A stretch of DNA of 31,424 nt, taken from Lama guanicoe (Eukaryota). The position numbers were made by a program, and so were the translations under genes. The DNA lies in the NCBI GenBank assembly GCA_013239625.1, contig MU054400.1, positions 3,198,282 to 3,229,705 on the forward strand, read 5' to 3'. The notes beneath the pieces were generated by a model. That model saw only the letters and a list, made by a program, of their open reading frames with translations. It was not told where the DNA came from and made no database searches. Positions 1 to 10,610 of this stretch are shown in pieces. The number at the start of each line of letters is the position of its first letter. Position 1 is the stretch's first letter.

Positions 1-90
1 AGTAGCTCGCCTGAGGTCACAGAGCTAGGAGGGGGTACAAACTGAAGCTCAAGCCAGACTCTTTGTTTCCTCTGAAGCCCAGTGCATTTT
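1..90 (-). mobile_element. MIR SINE fragment
   Basis: 'cgcctgaggtcacagagctag...ctcaagcccagactc...gaagcccagtgc' resembles the reverse complement of the MIR core/5' region (ttgcccaaggtcacacagctag...gaacccagg...aaagcccgtgc). Confidence 0.6.
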
Positions 91-99
91 GGCTTTGTA

Positions 100-210
100 G
101 ATCTTAAAGCTTGCTAGAGCTCAGAAGGACCGTTAGGACCATGTAGTCGTCACTTTACAAGTAGGGGTTTTGACCAGCTGAGATGAAACGGTCCTGAACA
201 AGTTCTCACC
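100..210 (-). mobile_element. MIR3/MIRc-like fragment
   Basis: 'agagctcagaaggaccgttaggaccatgtagtc...actttacaagtagg' resembles 'agagctggaagggaccttagagatcatctagtcc...attttacagatgagg'. Confidence 0.45.
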
Positions 211-711
211 GGATTTCACTTAAGTGAAAAAGCTCTCAGGACTGGAGAAGAAGTCCACGGGGGTGTGGTATCAGCGTAACAGCAGCCATCAAAATGTGAT
301 TATGGGATAGTCCCAATTCAACTTAAAAAAATCAAAATTACCTTTATCATCTATTTGTCTTCCTTGGCCATTAATACTGTACAAAGTCACTCATTTTTCC
401 TTTATCATGACAAGTTAATTATCTAAGATCCTCTACCTTCATTAAAATCAGCAGGCTGTTTTCAGCGAGTGACAATTAATGCGATCTTTTCCTAACTATA
501 AATTTGTGTTTTTGTGTACGTATATGTGTGTTCACATGTGCATGTATATCCATATGCATATATCTATAGTATTTTCACACCTGGAATAAAGAATTTGTCA
601 ATGCTCTCATTTAATTTAATTTAAACGACTTAAATTCAGACAGACAAATGCATTTAAATTCAGACACAGTGATGTCTTACATTAATAATAATAGAAGGAA
701 TATTTAATCCA

Positions 712-760
712 AGTGTTTGACCTGTAGATATTCTCCATAAGTATCTGTTGAATGAGTAAA
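712..760 (+). mobile_element. L2 LINE 3' terminus
   Basis: 'gtgtttgacctgtagatattctccataagtatctgttgaatgagtaaa' resembles the L2 3' end (gtgcctggcacatagtaggcgctcaataaatatttgttgaatgaatgaa). Confidence 0.45.
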
Positions 761-875
761 ATTATTTGATTAAATATAGAATTCTGATATGTAAAATGGT
801 AACTCATTTAGCCACTGGACTTTTAGTTATGATCGGTAATACATTAATCATGTGTAAAATATCCTAAAGCTTTGA

Positions 876-945
876 TATGTTAAATGTTAAAAATATGTTA
901 ATATGTTTAGTAAATAATAAAAATATGTTTAATATGTTAAAAATA
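876..945. repeat. AT-rich degenerate tandem repeat of (A)ATATGTT
   Basis: Several copies of atatgtt, including two near-identical 'aaaaatatgtt(t)aatatgtt' blocks. Confidence 0.7.
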
Positions 946-1982
946 AGTCCTGAAACACTGGAAGGAGAAAAATATTTCTAGGGAAAAAAAGAAAAAGACT
1001 TTAGATAGTCGTACTATTCTGAGGTTTAAAAACTACACGGCCTTCTCAGGAAGAAAAAGCAGGAAGCAGTCCATTTCACCAATATAAAATGAAATAGGCC
1101 AGTGGATTTGGTTCTACTATATCAGTGGTGAACTAGGAGGACATAAGAAATCCATGTCATCCAGCTGTCAGGAAGCTGCCCATGAACACATACTTAGAAC
1201 CTTACACTATTTTGGGGAGTCCTTTCAGCCCATTGGAATCTCATGTTTTCTGATTGTCTTTCTTCTAAACTTTGTGCAGAAACACAATTTCAGCGTGTTG
1301 AAAAGTTCCATCAGAGCCCAAATTTCGCTGCCTCCACTTCAACCCAACACGGAGCCCCTAGGTCCTCAGTCAGTATTGACATCTGCTGCGTCTGGGCTCC
1401 AACACAAAAGATAAAGAGGTTTATATCCAAGTCTGACAACACAACAAACCACATATGTTTTCCTGGTGGCAATTCATAAAACAAGAACCACCATGATGCA
1501 ATTGGAGAGCCCTGTTTACTAATGAATGCTTTTATTGTGCGGTGGATCAATTTTTAAAAAAGGCAGCATAAAAATAAATTAGCTGAGGGTATGAAGTTCT
1601 CTCTTCAAAAATACTGTTGCACAAAAGCTTTCACGTCTGCCACCCAGACCAGGGCTGGACCGCCGGGGTCTCTCCCACACTGAGTGAGTAGTTTCCACCT
1701 GGCAGAAGAGCCAGCTCCTGGGAAGAAGGCTGCTTGCACCCTCCAGTTTCAAGACTAGTTGGAGAATGCGTTTGGTGGGCTAACAGATCATATGCTTGGG
1801 CAGCCCTTGAAACAAATAGCAGTAGACCAAAAGCTGAAATGGAGCTTGCCCCATCCATGTAAAGAAAAACCTTGTCAACGGGGCACTTTGGGGCAAAGCA
1901 AATGACACTGCACCTGGAGGTACTTAGAGGAGGCAAATTTCTCCATTGCACTTTCAAGGTGGCAAGTTGGATGTTTGACAAT

Positions 1983-2342
1983 GGCTCTGGGACATCCGTC
2001 TTCTGCCTTCAAATGTCAGTGTTCCTTGTTCTCAGGCTTCAGATTTAAACCAGGACTCATACCATCAACCTCCCAATTCTCCAGCCTTTGAACTCAGACT
2101 TATACCATCAGTTCCCCTGGTTCCCAGACCTCCAGACTCAAACTGGATTATACCATCAGCTTCCCTGGTTCTGCATCTTGCAAAAAGCAGATCGTGGGAC
2201 TTCTTGGCTTCCATAATCACGGCAGCCCTTTCCTATAATAAATCATAGATAGATAGATAGATAGATAGACAGATAGACAGACAGATATAGGTATATCCTG
2301 TTATATACTATTGGTTCTGTTTCTCTGAGGAACGCTGGCTGA
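1983..2342 (+). mobile_element. MLT2-family (ERVL) LTR, 3' portion
   Basis: Three internal 'ataccatca...' repeats, 'gcagatcgtgggacttcttggcttccataatcac', AATAAA followed by a microsatellite, and the typical end 'tattggttctgtttctctgaggaacgctggct'. Confidence 0.85.
2246..2287 (+). repeat. (TAGA)n/(CAGA)n compound tetranucleotide microsatellite
   Basis: Reads tagatagatagatagatagatagacagatagacagacagata, inside the MLT2 LTR. Confidence 0.95.
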
Positions 2343-3202
2343 GGAACTGAAAAGATTCTAATAGAAAGAAGTGTGTCATATTTCCTCAGCCTAATTTAAC
2401 CTCCTCAAGAGGAGAAACTTGCTGATTCCCCATGGACTTAGCCTAGAACGAGTATGTGGGTAGTCACTCAAAAGTGTGTTGCTTCAGCTGATTTTCTATT
2501 CCATTCCATTTCATACTGAAATTAGAAAGAAGGTATAAATTCATAATGGCCATGGCAAACCCAGTGGTGGCTCCAGTAAGTCTAATGCTCCCCAAAGCAG
2601 GCTGGTTGTGAGTTTTTGACACTCTACCTAAAGCTGGTCACCCCTATCTCATTACCTGGGTGTTCAGAACTCACAGTCCACATTGAGATCAACTTAAAAG
2701 ATTATATTTCCATTTTCAAGTCATATAATATTTTCTTTATAAGTGGTTAAATCTTCTGAACCCCAAAATAAAGACATATGGAGAGTTTCTGTAAAGTTCT
2801 GGCCATATGATCACTGCTTTCCACAGGTGGGTCACTCATATATACAAATCTCCATGAACTTCCCCAGGTAATTTGTTCCCTGGGCTGTTGCCCAGTAGAG
2901 TAATACATTTCCTCCAAATTCTAAGACTACTCAACATGTAGACACTCTCTCCACAATTACATATTAAGAAGTTAAGAAAAATGTATAAAATGCATGTGTG
3001 TACATTTGTATGTAGAGACGGTATATGGCCACGGAGGTGGCCACGTGATCACCTTGGTCAGAAAAGCAATGTTTCCATTGCAAAGCCACTGGGGCATGCT
3101 GCATTATGAATTATTTCTCGGTCCCTCTCAAGCCATAGCCCTTCGCTGAACATAATCACTTTGACCCTGCTGGTGAGATGTTGGCACCTTCAAGCGTCAT
3201 TG

Positions 3203-3420
3203 TCCACTCATCCAATGTTTATGGGTGTCTAATGTGTCAGGCAGGACTTCCAGGAGCTGAAGCTAAAGTGGTGAACAAGACAGTCAAAGTTCCAGCCTTT
3301 ATGGAGTTTATACTCTAGTAAAGATGGCAGGCAATAAATAAATAAATGATAATGATTATTTCAAGTAGTGCCAAGCATTATGTAGAAAGTGCAGCAGGTT
3401 GATGTGAGAGAGAGCGACTG
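3203..3420 (-). mobile_element. L2 LINE 3' region
   Basis: 'tccactcatccaatgtttatgggtgtctaatgtgtcaggca...gtggtgaacaagacagtcaaagttccagcctttatggagtttatactctagt' matches antisense L2a/b. Confidence 0.8.
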
Positions 3421-5544
3421 TGAAGAAGGCGAGAAGCGGTCGGTTTTGAACTCTGATATCTGCACCCATCTGAACGTCTGTGTATATAAGGATCCTTAGC
3501 TATCTCCTCTTTGAACCCCCTTTCTCCATTCAGGGTGAGGGGTTCAGGACATCATCCATTTCACTGGAAGTTACCCGCCCTCTCCTTTTTCTTTTTCTTC
3601 CTATATTGTCTTTCCTTCTACTGGGAGAGACCCTTATCCTTCCTTTGAAGGACCTCCCAGGGGGTCTTGGTGCCCTTTTCTAGTATAATCCCGAATTACA
3701 GATTTGTTACCCTGATTTTTTAAATATTTTTTGCACCCAGTGACCCACTCTTCCACACACGGGCAGTAGTTTAACGGTTGGCAGAGTCGGAAGATCACAG
3801 ATACACTAAGCTGGGCAAGAGGACAGAATATCCATATATATTTATGTATACAACTTCTATCGAACGCAGCCACATATGTGGTACAAGTGGTTAACCACTC
3901 CTTCTGAAGTTATGGGACGAATGCCTCTTCAGACAAGACTCTTAAGCACGGCTCTCTAGTGCACCAGTGCCCTCTCATGGATGAGCCGTGAAGCATCTTC
4001 AAGGGAACAGGCAGAACCTCGTTCTCTCCAGGACAGAGCGAGCACGACCCACGACGCGTCTCGGCCACTGCCCTCCTTCCCCATAGGTGAGGAAGATCGT
4101 GGTGGGCTGTCAGGAGGAGCTGACTCTGCCCACTCCTCCATTCCCCCTAAAAAAGGAAGCTACCCTACCAGGTGTCTCGCTCCTGAAATCACCATGTTTA
4201 AGTATCATTTTCAAGGCTTCCATCCCAACCAAATATGAGTCCTCCTAAAATGATTCACCGTCAGATGCTCTGAATGCTCAGCAGTTGGTGAGAAAGAGTT
4301 GATGCAGCTCTTCCTTAATAGGGCACTTCGATCTTTGACAACAGGAAAGACCTCAGGGGACTGGGCAACTCAGAATCCTGGGAATGGCTCAGGGAGTGAG
4401 GGTTGGCCCTCAGAATGAACTTGACTTACTCGATTCATGTGTATGGTCCTAGTTTTGTTCACACTAACTCAAAAATGCATGAAATATTACTATCCTGAGC
4501 CATTTTACAGGTGAGGACATTGATTCTGACACCAAAGAACCTGGCATATGGTTAATGTTCAATAGATTAGTCCCTCTTTACTCTGCTATTTCACACAGCA
4601 AGGGAGATGTTCTAAAAAGACATCTGCGCAAATGAGGTTGCTCCTTTCTGATGCCTCCTGATATGCAAGTGGGAAAATGTGTGGCAGGAAAAGTAGAACA
4701 GAGAGGAAAATATAACCCAAAATTACCATTTCTTGAGTGTGAGAGCAATTTGATTTGTAATCCAATTTCTATTTTTAATTCAAAAATTTAAAAAATCTTA
4801 GGGTTCTAATTAACAAAAGGCATTTACTCCAAGAACTGTAGTTTTTTTTTTTTGTAAGTCAAGTTTACAGAGACTTTTTCTAAAAGGAAGTTTGCCAGAA
4901 ACATTACTAACTTTTATCAAAACTTGGGTTAGCTCCTAACCCCATTGTGAAACAGATACCCATCTCATCAACAGAACAGCTAATACCCTTCATGGAATTT
5001 TGAAAAATGGGATTAAAGGAAGCCAGTATCTCTCTGTGAAATCAGAAGTCTGAGTTTGCTGGCGGGCAAGAGAACGTATCACACTAATGATGACATTATT
5101 ATGAGCACCGTTATCATTGGCCTCATTATTATTAGAGGCTGTGGTAATGTGCACTGGCAGGAGGAGGCCTTTAATGGATTTTTGTAGGACCAGGAACGCT
5201 TAACTTCAGGATGAGATAAGAGAGGCCACTGGGAGGGTTTCTCCCCATACAGTCTGGAAGGTGGGTTTTTTCTCCTTGAAGACTGGGATCATGAGAATTC
5301 AGCTAATTATTTATTCCCATAAACATGCTGACTGTTTGGCAGGGGGAGTTTGCTTAGAAGTGTCCCAGTAGCAACAGGAGAAGCCAATTTAGGATTGAAA
5401 AATATAATAGGAAGTCTGCCTTATGGATAATTTATAGGCTAATAACTGAGAGATGACTCCAAGAACCTTTTCTTTGAGAGTCTTGTTTTGAATGGCAAAA
5501 TCTCCCTTCAGAAGAATCCTCCAGGGCCCCTAATAATAATGCTA

Positions 5545-5640
5545 TAGAGGTAAGTAACCAAGCATTAGAGGGTTAAAGTTCCCCAAGGTAACACAGCAGG
5601 TAAGTGACAGAGGTGGCACCTGAACCCAGGTCCCCCATCC
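5545..5640 (-). mobile_element. MIR SINE fragment
   Basis: 'gagggttaaagttccccaaggtaacacagcaggtaagtgacagaggtggcacctgaacccaggtc' matches the antisense MIR core. Confidence 0.75.
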
Positions 5641-6239
5641 TGTCCAACCCTCATACTCTTCCCACTGCTCCGTGCTTGCTCTCCCAGGTCGACCAGCAAG
5701 ACTCACAGGCACAGCCAATTACTGTGTACTGATTGTGGTTATTTTTTCTGCTATGCTCTGGGTCATACTGATATCTATGCAGCACTGGTTTATTATTGTC
5801 AGGTGTGTAGCTGAGCTGTAGTGTCCTGTCTAACTGTATCCACAATTCTCATTGTTTTGTGGCCAGTGTGTAGATGGGGCCATCACCACGTGACCTTTGA
5901 TCTCACATCACAGCCAGTCTCAACTGGCACATTATCCAGTCGCCAAGTCAGTCTTGATTGACAACAACATTTCACAAATGAGTAAAATACAAGCTGATTC
6001 TTCTACAAAAAAAAAAAAAAACTAGTTTCATAGGGCCCTGACTTTTACACCCAATAAATCAGAATTTCTTTAAAAGAGTCACCAGGAGGACCAGAGCCTC
6101 CAGTTCAATTTATCTCCTTGTCAAAGTATGCTTACCATCAAGAAATTTTATCACATTCCAGCTGACTTGTTTGCTTCACTTTATGAGAGAAAACACACCA
6201 GGAGACTTTAAGATAGAGACAGAGATAATGCACCTCTCC

Positions 6240-6322
6240 ACTTCTCCAGGCATTGGAAATGTATTAAGGAACAAAACAGATAATGTTCCTTTCCTCAAGG
6301 AGTTTGTACTATTAGTAGGTAA
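6240..6322 (-). mobile_element. L2 fragment
   Basis: 'ccaggcattggaaatgtattaaggaacaaaacagataatgttcctttcctcaaggagtttgtac' resembles the antisense L2 3' region. Confidence 0.55.
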
Positions 6323-7523
6323 TATTCATTTAGGCTCCCAAATGGTAAACTGTAAAAGACACAGTCGTCTGTTCTATTAAGTTTTGTTTGTTTTTTAATG
6401 AATTCAAGTCCAGTTCCATATTAAAATTAGGAATTCAAATTCTGATCTGAAGTGGGGAAATCTTTCCGTTTATAAACCTTGTTAATGATGGCATACTAAA
6501 CCTATGTGAAATTTGAAGTTTCACCTATTCTTAAGCTCTCTTCTTTGCTCTTTCTTTTTCTGGCTATCCACCCCTTTCCCATTCCTCTTTGAGGTTAATA
6601 AATAAAAGAAAGACCATGGAACTCATATCTGTCAAGGACTTTGAATGATAATTCTGGAGAAAGTGATTGTGGGAAAGGAGGACCTCAATGATCTGCTTTA
6701 TCTCCATCCCACAGGACTGTGGTTCACTGAGACTTGGTTTTGGCATTTCCTCTTATTTCACAAAAGGAAAATAAGGAAGTATACATTCAAACATGTATTT
6801 TCTGTCTCAACAGAAAGCTCCTTATCTCCCCCACAGCTGCCTGCCAAGACCCAGAAGGTTTCAGGGTCAATGATTATCATCTCTCCATTTAGACACTTTG
6901 ACATCTGTGAATACGTTGACCTTGAAGATTGGACCAAGTCATTCCTGACAGATGTTAATTTGATTGCTCCACTCTGACCTCTCCTGAGGTCTGGCTTTTG
7001 TCTTCATCACTATATTAAGATACTGATAACCTCCCTAAAGTCATAAAAATGCTCTGATAAGCCTTATCGATCCTGCATTTGAAACTGAACAGATAACCAA
7101 AGTGTATTATGGTAAACTTTTAACCTGCTGCCTAAAACATATGTCCACCAAGACAGACAAGAGTTTCTGTTTTTTGTTTCATGAAATACCTCTCTCTCCC
7201 ATTTGTTTTTACTTTAATAATGACTGCTTTAAAAGTAATACAACCTACTCTGTCCACAGTGCATTTCTTTTTGCCAGCCTCTGGCAAGAGTAAGAACCAT
7301 TATAATCAGGAAATTACTGAAAATCCTTCTCTTAGAAAATTTTGGACTGTGAAAAAATTGGAAGATAATAATAAGATATTAAAAATAGTGATCCTTGTCA
7401 CCTTCTTTTAAGCAAGTCCTACAGATTTCAGCCCAGCGTTAGAACTGAGAGTTATTGCTCATGTAGCTACAGATCCAGAAACCCTGTGAAATAAAACCAT
7501 TTCTTACTGTTGTGCTGTGATGG

Positions 7524-7672
7524 GGGGAGCATGACTTGAAAGTCAGGCAGAACTGGGCTCAAATAGTGAATCCACAGCCCACCAGCTACGTATTCTTAGG
7601 AAAATTACCAGACAGAGCTGAGTATGAATTTCTTGATAGGCTAATACCCACTTTGTTATGAGGACTCAATGT
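7524..7672 (+). mobile_element. MIR SINE, degenerate
   Basis: 'gagcatgacttgaaagtcaggcagaactgggctcaaat...accagctacgtattcttaggaaaattac' resembles the MIR 5' half. Confidence 0.65.
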
Positions 7673-8041
7673 ACCCCTTCCTTCAGACAGACAGCTCCCA
7701 AAGGGACACTTTAACCCAAGGTCCACATTTCCTTGTTAATCACGCCCTCATATTCTAATTAATAAATAAACTATTTTATCTTAAGGCCACCTCTTCTGTT
7801 GTTGTTAGAAGCTTCCTGATTGGTTGTAGAGATGCTACTGGCCAAATGCTTTTGGACTGACAGACACAGAATTTAAGGTGGGGGGAAAAATTTAAATAAT
7901 CACTAAACTATCAAAATGCCCAGAAGGGGTAAATTGTGTGTCTTAGAGACTTGGAACAGATGGACCAGGGTTGGGAATTTGATTGAAGGTGTAAGGAACA
8001 AGTCCCCCTGTGGTCAAGCAGGGAAGGTGGAAGCAAGATCT

Positions 8042-8056
8042 AGAAGTTTCTAGAAG
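8042..8056. promoter_or_regulatory. Candidate heat-shock element (nGAAnnTTCnnGAAn)
   Basis: AGAAGTTTCTAGAAG is a perfect three-unit HSF consensus. Motif match only. Confidence 0.35.
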
Positions 8057-8859
8057 AAGCCACTGACAGCTTGACTCCCAACAATCCTCGGGCTAAGCTT
8101 CCAGCAGATTAATCTCTGCAAGTCCCTGCAGTATTCTCCACAGTGGTGCCAGAGGTTTCTTGTGGGGAAAAACACCCCTCAAAAGAAGACAAATCAGGAC
8201 CACGTTCAGAGGTGGCTGAGCAGACCGACACCTCTTTCCTCCTGTTTGCTGGCGCCTGAAATTCTTTTGACTTGGGTGGAACACTTTTCACCCCATAATT
8301 ACAGCTAAACATCTTCAACTGCACAAGCGTATCTCAGACAAGGTGTTGATGAATATCAGTTCCAGTCAAAATACAGTCCATCAGGGAACAAAAGACTGGT
8401 TGTCAGATCTTTCTCTGTTTTAAGAGAGGAAGGAGGTAAAGGGGGCCAGGCCCTGGTCAGCTGAGAGGAGATAAAGGGTTTCCACCAGGGAGAAAGCTGA
8501 AGGGAAAGACATTTTCTTCCGTCCCAAATGTTCTTTTGGCAGCTAGGAGGGGGCAACAGAAGCTGACTGAGCTCTGAGATTTGGTTTAGGGATGTCTGGA
8601 GTCGGGGGTGGGGGGGCTCTGGTCAGGCTACTGCAAACACCATAAATCTGTTAGCAATGATTTAGGAACTGATTTTCCTTTGACGGTGTTTATTTGTTCT
8701 TCACAGGATTGATTGGCTTTTATTGAAAAAAAAAGAGCTTCCAATAGCTGGATTGCGCAGAAGCTGGAGGGGAGATTCCAACCCCAACAAGATGCCTCAG
8801 GCCCCTCTGCAACACAGTCCTTCTGTGGTTACCCAGCCCAGTCAACTGGCCCATCGTTA

Positions 8860-8935
8860 AGTCAGATGTTCAGATAGTCAGTCAGTCAATCAGACAAACT
8901 GCTGGTAAGGTATTCAGTCAGATAGTCAGTCAGAC
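8860..8935 (+). repeat. Degenerate (AGTC)n repeat with duplicated 'tcagatagtcagtca'
   Basis: Two blocks of 'tcagatagtcagtcag' seen directly in the sequence. Confidence 0.6.
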
Positions 8936-9137
8936 CATGAGATGTGAATCATCTTCCTAACTAAAACGGTCATTTCATCCTTATGCTAATTAGCAAGCCT
9001 GTGTAAATTTCAATAAGGCTATCTGAAGTTCTAAATATTCACTTTTGATGTGTTATTAGGCTACTTCAAATGCTGACTAATCACTCCCATGTCACACATC
9101 AGATTTCACCTACGTTCCTATCACAGAATTTACTCTA

Positions 9138-10105
9138 TAACAAAAAAACAAACAACCCAATCCAAAAATGGGCAGAAGACCTAAACAAGCAATTCTCTGA
9201 TGGAGACATACGAATGACCAATAGGCACATGAAAAGATGCTCAATATTACTAATTATCAAAGAAACACAAATCAAAACTATAATGAGGTATCACCTCACA
9301 CCAGTCAGAATGGTCATCATTCAAAAGTCCACAAATGATAAATGCTGGAGAAGGCGTGGAGAAAAGGGAACCCTCCTACAGTGCTGGAAAACAGTATGGA
9401 GATTCCTCAAAAACTAAAAATAGACCTACCATATGACCCAGCAATCCCACTCCTAGGCATATATCCAGAGGAAATCTTAATTCAAAAAGATACATGCACC
9501 CCCAATGTTCATAGCAGTACTATTTACAATAGCCAAGACATGGAAGCAACCTAAATGTCCATCGACAGATGACTGGATAAAGAAGTTGTGGTATATTTGT
9601 ACAGTGGAATACTACTCAGCTATAAAAAAGAATAAAATAATGCCATTTGCAGCAACATGGATGGACCTAGAGATTGTCATTTCAAGTGAAGTAAGCCAGA
9701 AAGAGAAAAAAATACCGTATGGTATCACTCATATGTGGCATCTAAAAAAAAGAAAAGAAAAAAAAAGAACACTATGAACTCATCTACAAACCAGAAACAC
9801 ACTCACATAGTAAACAATCTTATGGTTACCGGGGAAAGAGAGTAGGAAGGGATAACTCAGGGTGTTTGAGATTTACAAATGTTAGCCACTATATATAAAA
9901 ACAGATTTTTTTAAAAAACTGCTTCTGTATAGCACAGGGAATTATATTCAATATCTTGTAATAACTTTAATGAAAAAGAATTTGAAAACGAATATACATA
10001 TGTATATGCATGACTGGGACATTGTGCTGTACACTGGAAACTGACACATTGTAACTGACTGTACTTCAATTTAAATAAATAAATAATTAGTTAATTAAAA
10101 AATCA
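9138..10105 (+). mobile_element. 5'-truncated lineage-specific L1 (ORF2 C-terminus + 3'UTR + A-rich tail)
   Basis: ORFs 9070-9417, 9342-9554 and 9505-9777 give consecutive frameshifted L1 ORF2 C-terminal peptides ([16 protein letters not shown]...[10 protein letters not shown]...DKCW; LPYDPAIPLLGIYP; MFIAVLFTIAKTWKQPKCPSTDDWIKKLWYI). Perfect 13-bp TSD AGAATTTACTCTA at 9125-9137 and 10106-10118. Confidence 0.95.
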
Positions 10106-10154
10106 AGAATTTACTCTAAATTATTTCATAAGGAAATGACTACAGAGAAAATAT

Positions 10155-10480
10155 GCTTGTCCATCAATTAGCAGACTGGTTAAAAAGTATGATATAGCCA
10201 TAAAACAAAATACTGTGCAGCTGTAGGAATGAATGACAGCACATACCTGAGCAGCTCTGGACATACAGAATGTTCTCTATGTAGTCACATGAAAACAGGT
10301 GATCATAGGACAGTGTATAGAGTATGCCTTCACCTGAGTGAGAGAAGGGATATTTATACTGTGTATAAATGCACCAACACTAGATTATATTGATTACATG
10401 GGGGAATAAAGTAATACGAGGACACTGGGATGGGAGAGAGACATTTCATTATTTACCCTTTGGACCTTTTCAAAAGTAAG
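10155..10480 (+). mobile_element. Old L1M (L1ME/L1MC-like) 3' fragment
   Basis: 'tgtccatcaattagcagactggttaaaaagtatgatatagccataaaacaaaatactgtgcagctgtaggaatgaatga' resembles the ancient L1 ORF2 end/3'UTR. Confidence 0.65.
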
Positions 10481-10610
10481 TTCAATACAGAAGATTAAAT
10501 ATTAATAGTGCTTTGTTTTACTATAGTGTAGAACACTTTTTTTTATCAGAGCACCTCAGGGAATTCATATATTCATGCATTCTGTTGATGAAGGCTGAGG
10601 CTCCAGACGC

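Noticed and set aside
2059..2175. Three spaced ATACCATCA repeats resembling a repeat-spacer (CRISPR-like) array
   Set aside because: The spacers resemble each other and the pattern is an internal feature of MLT2 LTRs; the context is eukaryotic with no cas genes.
2817..2873. Possible 41-nt micro-exon (ttccacag ... cag/gtaatt)
   Set aside because: Short pyrimidine tract, length not a multiple of three and no supporting neighbouring exons.
5548..5605. Two perfect splice donors (GAG/GTAAGT, CAG/GTAAGT); similar ones at about 17878 (CAG/GTAAGA), 25377 and on the minus strand at about 31138-31146
   Set aside because: These two lie at or within a MIR, and none of the sites could be paired with an acceptor and open frame giving a recognisable exon.
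9070..9777. Three overlapping ORFs with real protein similarity
   Set aside because: They are frameshifted pieces of L1 ORF2 in a 5'-truncated copy, not a host gene.
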